From: a virus
Strand: one strand, 5' to 3'
Length of the DNA stretch: 64,000 nt
IMG/VR virus record: IMGVR_UViG_3300045988_161245
Location: 96,001-160,000 of that record
The translations under genes and the position numbers were made by a program. This document shows positions 19,190 to 27,600 of this stretch, piece after piece (positions within the stretch are counted from its first letter, which is position 1; each line of letters starts with the position of its first letter). The notes under the pieces were generated by a model. It saw nothing but the letters and a program-made list of their open reading frames with translations, was not told the DNA's origin and made no database searches.

Positions 19190-19621
19190 TCATTTAAATA
19201 TTCCATTGGCAATATCGGTAATAAATTTAGGATCAGTAACAGCTACTTTAGCAACTTCTACACATACTGCTGAGATCATATTTATAGAAGAAATACCTAC
19301 AGATTTTAATTTAGCTTTACTCTTCCTCCATATAGAGTCAGGTCTAATTGATTCTGCTAATTTATGTCCTTCGAATGTAACATCATAAATTTTACAGTTT
19401 TCATATTTATAGTTATCATCTATAGAATACGATCCTTCTAAGAATCTTCCGTCAAATAAGTTTTTCACACAATATTGTACATCCTCTTCAGTGTATTTGC
19501 CTGAAAAGTGATCCTTTATATCTTTTAACATAATCCGCTTGAAATCTCCATTAAGTTTCATATTATCTTGTTCTTCAATATATAAGAGTACATCTCTAAA
19601 ACAATCATAGTTTAATATCAT
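19190..19621 (-). CDS. DUF2513-like winged-helix protein
   Basis: SD ggagg lies before ATG 19621. CFRDVLLYIEEQ.. and ..VTFEGHKLAESIRPDSIWRK match the DUF2513 pattern (..GHdFLd.iR....W). The family name is from memory. Confidence 0.6.
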   Translation of the reverse strand: MILNYDCFRDVLLYIEEQDNMKLNGDFKRIMLKDIKDHFSGKYTEEDVQYCVKNLFDGRFLEGSYSIDDNYKYENCKIYDVTFEGHKLAESIRPDSIWRKSKAKLKSVGISSINMISAVCVEVAKVAVTDPKFITDIANGIFK

Positions 19622-19652
19622 ATTCAATCCTCCATAGAAAGGTCGTGAAAAT

Positions 19653-19922
19653 ATGTTGTGGTCAATTTCTGAGACAGAAAATATTGCAACAAAAATTATT
19701 AAATTGTTATACGAAAATAATTGTACTGATGAAGGTGATATTGAAACCACATTTACATTAGTACGAAATCATTTTAAGAATATGTCCATTGATGACATTA
19801 TTAAATTCGAAACAACTGGTAAGATGCCGGAAATTGACGTTCATGGTAATCTTACTCAAATTATAAAACAAGTTTCTAGTCAAATAGCTGATGAGTTTTT
19901 GGAAGAACATGGTATTAAATAG
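19653..19922 (+). CDS. hypothetical acidic protein
   Basis: ORF with a weak RBS gaaagg. Antisense to the minus-strand operon. Its coding status is uncertain. Confidence 0.35.
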   Translation: MLWSISETENIATKIIKLLYENNCTDEGDIETTFTLVRNHFKNMSIDDIIKFETTGKMPEIDVHGNLTQIIKQVSSQIADEFLEEHGIK

Positions 19923-20106
19923 GTTGTTTTCCAGGTTTCCAAGAATACCAACAAGCTGCACACCTGTTCACGGTTTTATTACTTCCTAAGAAACCAGTTA
20001 TCAACGAGTAACCACGCTGTCCGGTAGTGATCTGAGTGCTTCCACAGCGAGGACAGTGAACAGTATTGGTTTTTGTATTAATTTGTATTAGGTTTATTAT
20101 ATTTTT
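19915..20106 (-). pseudogene. orphan Zn-ribbon coding remnant without a start codon
   Basis: The open frame encodes ..TNTVHCPRCGSTQITTGQRGYSLITGFLGSNKTVNRCAACWYSWKPG. This resembles the C-terminus of 21006..21545 (HCPKCNGTNFTP..GFATNKVELVCNNCGY). It has no ATG/GTG/TTG start and overlaps the upstream stop in another frame. Confidence 0.4.
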
Positions 20107-20764
20107 CTATATGTTCCTTTATTGTAGTCTTGACTAAATTATGTAATTTAATTTGATAATTAAGCAATACATTATAATTATATTTTGTTGTTGACAAAAA
20201 ATATTCCGTTATCTCTATAAATAATGAACGAAACATATCTGGTACATACTTATAACTATAAACATATTCGATATTATGCTTTTTAAGTGATGTCAAATAT
20301 CCAACACAATAATATAAAAGTCTTTCGTCACAATATACCTCACCTTTTAAAATAGGATCATTTGGTAATATAAAACTCTCAGTTAAATTTACTATTCCTT
20401 TATCTACATATTTTTTATATGAGAAATTTTCTATTTTTAAATGTATATCCATTTCAACTTCTGAAGCGTGAACTTCAGAATATATGTACATTAATTTAAT
20501 AAAATCTTCAAGCGGATAATTTAATAACTGAGTAGAATCATATACATGTGTGAACTCGTGAAAGAAAATTCCTTTGTATATTTTTGATTCATCTAATTGT
20601 TTGTTAACTTTTAGTATATATTTTTGATTATACAATTCCAATGTATTGAATTGTGCGGCTGCACAATCTCTTTTGTCAACTTCAATATATTCTTGTATTT
20701 CTGGAATTTCATAATATAACTCGTTGTATTCCTTAAATATTTTATCAAGATACTCTTTGTTCAT
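20078..20764 (-). CDS. HExxH zincin-like metallopeptidase
   Basis: FFHEFTHVYD motif. SD aggaga lies before ATG 20764. The family is unassigned; an ImmA/IrrE-like assignment is only a guess. Confidence 0.55.
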   Translation of the reverse strand: MNKEYLDKIFKEYNELYYEIPEIQEYIEVDKRDCAAAQFNTLELYNQKYILKVNKQLDESKIYKGIFFHEFTHVYDSTQLLNYPLEDFIKLMYIYSEVHASEVEMDIHLKIENFSYKKYVDKGIVNLTESFILPNDPILKGEVYCDERLLYYCVGYLTSLKKHNIEYVYSYKYVPDMFRSLFIEITEYFLSTTKYNYNVLLNYQIKLHNLVKTTIKEHIEKYNKPNTN

Positions 20765-20793
20765 TTTTATCTCCTGCATAGAAAGGAATTATT

Positions 20794-21000
20794 ATGATAA
20801 AAAACAAAATGCTAATTATTAGATTAAAACGTGATATATTATATCTAAAGTTTAAGAGTTTAAAAGTAGATATTAAGTTTGCAATTAAAAAAGTATATTA
20901 TAGAATTTTCGACAGCAAAAAGTACCAAAATCTCCTACAAACTCAAAAAGATATGCAAGAGATTTTGGATGCAATTGACGACAGAATGAACTGGGTGTAG
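20794..21000 (+). CDS. hypothetical basic protein
   Basis: RBS gaaagga. Antisense to the minus-strand operon. Its coding status is uncertain. Confidence 0.3.
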   Translation: MIKNKMLIIRLKRDILYLKFKSLKVDIKFAIKKVYYRIFDSKKYQNLLQTQKDMQEILDAIDDRMNWV

Positions 21001-21005
21001 TAGCT

Positions 21006-21545
21006 TTAATTTTCAGCCTTCATTCTATAACCACAGTTGTTGCACACTAACTCCACTTTATTAGTAGCAAATCCCATGAATAGTCCATATTTCTTCCTAA
21101 CCGGTGTAAAGTTGGTGCCGTTACATTTTGGACAATGACGAGTGTTAACTTCCTGCTGTTTTGCATTTTGTTGTGCTAAATATTCATTGTATCTTTTATC
21201 TAATTCTTCTTCAGCCTTGGCATTTATAATGTTCATTTGATTAGTATATTTGATGATGTCATTTGTATATAAATCGAACATTGTTGCAACAAAACCAGGA
21301 TCATTATTACCATATTCACAGAAATTAAACATATCGTTAAAACTCATATTAGGAACTGGTGTTAATTTATTTCCACATCCAGGACATAAATCTAAACTTT
21401 CACCACTAAGAATACCTGCATAATCTTTAGGTTTATTTGAACTTATTGAAAACATAGATTTTGTGCGTCCTTGTGGTTGTTTAAGTTTATTTCCACTTTT
21501 TAAAATGCATTCTCTACAATAATATATAATCTTATTAGAACTCAT
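21006..21545 (-). CDS. double Zn-ribbon protein
   Basis: CRECI..CPGC at the N-terminus and CPKC..CNNC at the C-terminus. SD ggaggt. Confidence 0.5.
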   Translation of the reverse strand: MSSNKIIYYCRECILKSGNKLKQPQGRTKSMFSISSNKPKDYAGILSGESLDLCPGCGNKLTPVPNMSFNDMFNFCEYGNNDPGFVATMFDLYTNDIIKYTNQMNIINAKAEEELDKRYNEYLAQQNAKQQEVNTRHCPKCNGTNFTPVRKKYGLFMGFATNKVELVCNNCGYRMKAEN

Positions 21546-21578
21546 ACGCCAACCTCCAAAATATAATATTATAATGCA

Positions 21579-21607
21579 AGTATAACATTATATTCTCCAA
21601 TATTCAA
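21579..21607 (-). promoter_or_regulatory. sigma-70-like promoter of the minus-strand cargo operon
   Basis: TTGAAT-N17-TATACT on the minus strand. The -35 element lies 3 nt from the proposed 3' splice site. Confidence 0.45.
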
Positions 21608-21610
21608 TTG

Positions 21611-24600
21611 GTCTTTAACTACGATAAAGCAACAGGAAAAGTTGGAAGTAATAAAAATAATTTAGAAAATGCATTAACAGAAGTAAAAGATTTCTTTCTA
21701 AAAAAACAGGATATAGAAAAGCCATATACACTTAGCAAAGATGAATATTCATTTTTTGAGAGAATGAAAAAAGAGCTTTCTGATTCTCAGTTAAATGGAT
21801 CTGCGGAAGATTCTAAAGATGCAATGCTACAACTGGCAGAAGAAATTACAGGTGCAGATAGCTCATTGGTCAAATATATCCAAGACACAGATGTAGCGTC
21901 TGTTTCTCAAGTCGGTTTTGCTCAATCACAAAAAACAGTAATTCAAGGAACAACTAAATTTAGTGCTGTAATGAAAACGGCCGGTGGAGTAGCAAAATCA
22001 TTTGTAGCTACCCTTGGAAGTATGGCTGTAGCCGCCGCAGCAGCTTGGGCTATCGGTAAAGTAATTGAGGGTATTGATTATCTTTATCATTACGATGAAA
22101 ATATCATCAAAGCTGGACAGGAAGCAAAGGATTCCATTGACAGTACATTTAAAAGTTTCGAAGAAGGTAAGCAGTCTATCATGGACCTTGGCTCTTCATT
22201 TGGCAATCAGACAGAGCAGATAAAAAATACCGGTGATGCAATCGATCAAGTTGCCGAAAAATATGTAGAGCTTCGTAAGGGAGTAAATCAGAATACAAAC
22301 GAGAATGTATCATTATCTACAGACGAGTATCAGCAATATATTGATCTCAGTAGTAAGCTTGCCTCTCAGTTTCCTGGTCTGGTAGCAGGTTATGATAGTC
22401 AGGGAAATGCTGTATTAAATCTTGCTTCCAATGCAGATAAGGCTGCTGATAGTATTCGTAATTTATATGAAGCACAAGTTTCTTCTGCAAATGTTGATAT
22501 GGGGAAAAATCTACAAGCAACATATGATGGTGTTGTTACACAGACAAGTCAATATGCTGAGGATATCCAGAAAAAACGTGATGAGTTAGAACAATTAGAT
22601 ACTGATATTTCTGAGAACAAACGTAGTATTTTAACATATGGAAGTAACAATTTTGAAGTACAAGGGCTGTATGGTGATAAAGAAAATGTTATTACTGATG
22701 TTCTAAAAGAGAATGGACTGTATAAAGAAAATACAGGAGATGACGGAAGTATTTGGAACTTCTATGCCGAAGGTCTCGCTGATAAGTCAAAAAAAGAAAT
22801 AGATAGGATGAATGAACAGATTACAGCTGGTTTGGAATCCTATAACTTGTCACTAGAGACTCAAAGAAGCCAACTTCAGAGTGAAATTAACTCCTACGAT
22901 TTAATGATTGAAGATCAATGGCGTAGTATGGCACAATCTCTTGGAAACTATCTTCAGACATCAAAATCATTTAATGAACTTGATGATAGTCTTCAAAGTG
23001 CATTTCTTGCCAACATTTCAAACCTTGACTTAACTGCCTTAAATGATCCAGATGGTAAATACCAAGGACAGGTGCTTGATTTCTTGTATGGAGAATTCAT
23101 TGGACCAATGTCTCGGTTTAGTGCGGATGTACAAGAAAGTCTTGCAGATGCATTACAGATTGATCCTTCTAAATTGACTATTGATGAGTATAAGTCACAA
23201 GTTGATGAAGCATTTAATAAAGCATTTCCAAAGGAAGAAGATGCAGATAAACGAGATAGATTCAAAAACGCTTATGGAATTGATTCTTCTATTGAGGATA
23301 TGGAGGATAATGCATCTCGTCTCAAAGAAGCATATGCAGATTTTCCAAATGCCAGTGATTTTATTGACCATATGCAGACAGGTGATCTGTCAATTGCTGC
23401 ACAGTTAATTGATAATGGTTCAGTTGATATTGAGAAAGGCACAGATGGATTAGTTTCTGCCATTGAAAGATATAAGAAAACGGTAGCTGAAGCAAAATCT
23501 GATACAACTCTTGCTTCTGTTCTTGGCGATTCCGATAATGAAATCTCATCTTCTATTGATTCTTTACAGTCAGATATTTCTTCTTTATCAGATACTCTTA
23601 CCAAGCTTAAAACAGGTGAGTTCAAAGATTCAGATCTCACCGACCTTATTCAACAGTTTCCACAGTTAGCCGATCAAACAGATAATCTTCAAGAAGCTAT
23701 CTCCAATCTTCAGGCAGATAAATTAAAGTCTACTTTGAAAAAAATTGACGATTCTATGGATGGAGCTTCTGATGAAGAGTTAGCTAATGCACAAAAATTA
23801 AAAGATTCTTTAATTAAGTCAGTTGACCTATCTGATATTAATTCAGACAAGATTACAGAATCAATCAAAAGTGCTTTTGAAGGTGATGGCGGAAGTAGGT
23901 ATATTGCTGCAGAACATGGAGCAAAAGCTGCTGAAGAATACAACCAAGCATTTTCAAAAGAACTTAAAAATAGTGCTGGACGAGAAGCTTTCTATAAGGC
24001 AACATTAAATCAAGATGCTGTAAAACAGGGACCTGATGCAATACGTGAATTATATAATCAGTATTTAAAGACAGCCAAAGACATCATCCAAGATACAGAT
24101 ATCCAATCACAGCTTACAAATTATCAGGATAAATACCAGTCACTCTATCAAGCTCAGAAAGATCTAAAGAACGGTCTAATGACTGGTTCTACCAAAAAGA
24201 CATTTCTGGACAAGTTTCCAGATCTTGCAAAGTATGCAGGAAACACTGAAACACTCTCTTCTGCTATTGATGATCTGATGGATTCTATGGACAGTGATGT
24301 AACTAACCAGTTTACAGATGCTATTAAAGCTCTTCAGGATGCCGGACAGTATGCAGATGCAAGTGCATTACAATCTTATGTTGAAGCTGTTTTAGATGGT
24401 GCCCATGATATCGAGGGTGCTTATCAGAAGATCGCAGGTCTTAAAATTCCTACACCTAAGTACGCAGAACTTAAAGAAGCTCTTGAATCTTCAAACGAGG
24501 GTGATCTTTACAATGAACTTCTCTCTCAGTATAAAACCGCAAAAGAGGCATGGGAAAAAGGTGAAGTTGGTACAGATGACTTTAAGTCTTTTGCTTCTAT

Positions 24601-27600
24601 TATTTCTCCTACAGGTGTATCTGATGCAGTAAACTTTGGTGAGAATCAAGCAATGTTTGAAAGATACTTCCAGGATACATCTACTGGTGTTGAGAACTTC
24701 TTAGAAGATCTACAGAAGCTTGACCTTGCTTCTAATGAAAGTGGTCATTGGACCAGTACATTAGGAAATAACCTTGATGAAATGCGAGACGCTGCACAGA
24801 GACTTAATATGGGCTTTGAACCATTTATGATGATGTTTGGTCGTCTCGAAGATTATGGTGCTACTACTGACTTCTTCACTACGGAAGAGGATGGGCAACA
24901 GCATTTATCTGATCTCTATCAGCAGATTGCAGAAAAGAAACAAAAACTTGCAGAAATTAAAGCAGATCCGGATTTAGCTGGCGATCAGTCTGCTATTGAT
25001 TCTCTCAATAAAGATTTAGATGAACTTTATGCGAGAGTAGAAAATACAAAAACTGGAATTGAAGAGCTTCCGGACAAAGCAACTTATTATGAAGCAAAGA
25101 ATCTCGAACAGGCTAAATCAGTTATCACTCAGATGCAGGACGAAATTAATCAGGCAGCTGCAGAAGGAAATGATGAATTAGTCAAAATTCTTGAAAAGAC
25201 TCGTGATCAATATTTAAAAGAAAACGGATATATTCTTAAAGAACAGCCACAAGGTCCAACTCAGCAAGGGACTATTGAAAATCCGTTAGCAAGAGAATTC
25301 ACAAATCCAACTAAATTTGGCGATTATGAGACAGTCATCAAGAAGATTCAGAATGCGACAGATGAACAGACATCTTCTCTTGAGAAAAATCTTAAAGTAT
25401 TAAGCCAATATTCTGAATCTCAGCTCAGTGGAATCAATTTATCCGATGGACAGTATGATACCGGTTTTGAGGATGCCGAACAAGCACTTGACAACCTTTC
25501 TAGCACATTTGGTCTTACAAAAGATCAAGCGGTACAGTTAGCAGCTGTTCTTTCTGATATGGGGCTGATTAAAGCAACTCCTAAAGTTGACTTAACTACA
25601 GTTCAGGATCAGATTGATAATGCAAAAGATGAGTTACAGGATAGTAATATTACTGTTGATTTAGATTTTGATATTTCTACTTCTAGTAAAGAAGAACTTC
25701 AAAAAAAGAGTCAAGAAATTCAGAATGAGCTGAATAATAACGCATCTCTTTCTGATTCTCAAAGAACATCTTTACAGGGAGTAAAAGATTCTGTTGATAA
25801 CCAGGTTGTTACGCTTACAGTACAGGAAAAAGTTGAAAAAGATGGTGATGTAGACGAGCTTCTTGCAATGGATGATCAAACACTTGCCACAACACTTGAC
25901 CTTGATGTTAATAATGCTGACCAATTATCAACAGCTAGGGATGAGCTACAATATATTAAAGACAATCAAGATGCTCAAATTGATATGACTGTTAAACTGG
26001 ATGAGACACAGTTTAATCAGCTATTAGGTGACGGTGAGAACGCTTCTATTGATGTTACAGCAAACAATGAAGAAGCAAAAGAAAAGATAGATGAAGCTAA
26101 GAACTATGCAGAAAGTCAGAAACCTCAAATGAAAATTGATGGCAACAATGATCCTGCTATCAATAAAGGTACTTCTGCTACTCAGATGATCAACAACATG
26201 ACTGGAATTATTAAGGTTAATGCTGACACATCGGGTATGGCAAGTGCTATTAATTCTGAATTGTCAAAGCCTCATACTATCAATATTTCCGCAAATGTGT
26301 CTACGCATGTTAGTGGTGGAACAGGTAAATCTACAGGAACTATGATTAGTGTCGCTCATGCCGATGGAACTGCTTATAATGTTATCAATTATACTCCTGC
26401 TCACGCAAGCGGAAATGTAACACTTTCACATGATGAAACTGCTTTAGTTAACGAAGAAGGCATTGGCGCTGAATCAATTGTGCGTGATGGTAAATGGATG
26501 ATTATTCCTGGTGGTGCCCATTTTGAAAATCTAAAAAAAGGTGACTTAATCTTCAATAAAAAGCAGACATCCGAGCTTATCAATTCAGGACATGTTACAT
26601 CTGGAGGTGGACATGCTAGAGCTTATGCAAATGGTACTGTTGGTGCTTATGCAGGAGGTAATTCTGGTGTTTATTTAAACTGGGATAAAAATCGTACTCA
26701 AGTTGGCAATCAGTCAACATCATCTCCCTCTAATTCCACAATTACCGATAAAAATACAACTTCTGTTAAGAAAAATACAGACACCGTAAATGACAATACC
26801 GAAAAGATAAAAAAATCTACTAAGGTATATGACTGGGTAGAAACTCGTATTAAGCATTGGTCTGATCAGGTTCAAAAAATCGCTGATAAAATCACCGACT
26901 ATATTAAGAAATCACTTAAAACATCTTTGCTCAAACAGCAAATTCGTAAGATGAACTATGAGATTGGTTCAAATGAAAAGGGTGCAAAAGCCTATATGAA
27001 AAAGGCTAACTCTATAGCAAACGAGTACACTTATTACAATAGTGATGGCGAAGAAATTAAAACCAATGTACCAAAGAAATATCAGAAGCTTGTCCAAACA
27101 GGTGCTTATCGTATTGAAGATATGGACACTTCAACAGATCAGGGTAAGGCTCTGGCAGAGGCTATCGATCAGTATAAGACATATTATGACAAAGCACAGG
27201 ATTGTAAACAGGCTGTTGTTGATCTGAAAAAAGAGCAGCTGGAATTGTTTGAACAGTGGGCAAATATGCCAACTGAAAAAGCAGAGCAGAAATTGGAACG
27301 TTTACAAAACGGATTTAATGGATTGAATGCAACTCAGTCAAGGTTATCTGCTGTTCAGACAGGTGGATCAACACAAAAAGCTATAGCAGACGCTGCTACT
27401 GCAAGTTACGAATCAGCACAGGTAGTTACAGAAAAAGCACAATCAAATCTTGACACAGCAACTGCGAAAGCAGATAAGGCAACTACAGCTGTAAATAGAA
27501 AGAAAAAAGCACTTCTTAAATCAAAAGGTCTTACGAATGAGCAGAAAAAAGCTATTAAATCCGGAAAGACTATTGATACCAGTAAGATTACTAACAAGAC

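Larger units (their letters stand above)
17322..21610 (+). other. 4.3-kb intervening element in the TMP gene: putative giant group I intron with antisense gene cargo
   Basis: P1 pairs UGGGU (17317-17321) with GCCCA (17375-17379) and includes a U.G wobble. P10 pairs GUCUU (21611-21615) with AAGAU (17370-17374) in register. The terminal nucleotide is G21610. The S-like element AAUAUACAGUC at 18253-18263 is identical to the one in intron 1. The catalytic core has not been fully folded. Confidence 0.4.

Noticed and set aside
19622-19750. Long N-terminal extension of ORF 19190..19750.
   Set aside because: The internal ATG at 19621 has a perfect ggagg SD and starts the DUF2513-like homology. The extension is hydrophobic junk that overlaps the plus-strand ORF 19653..19922.
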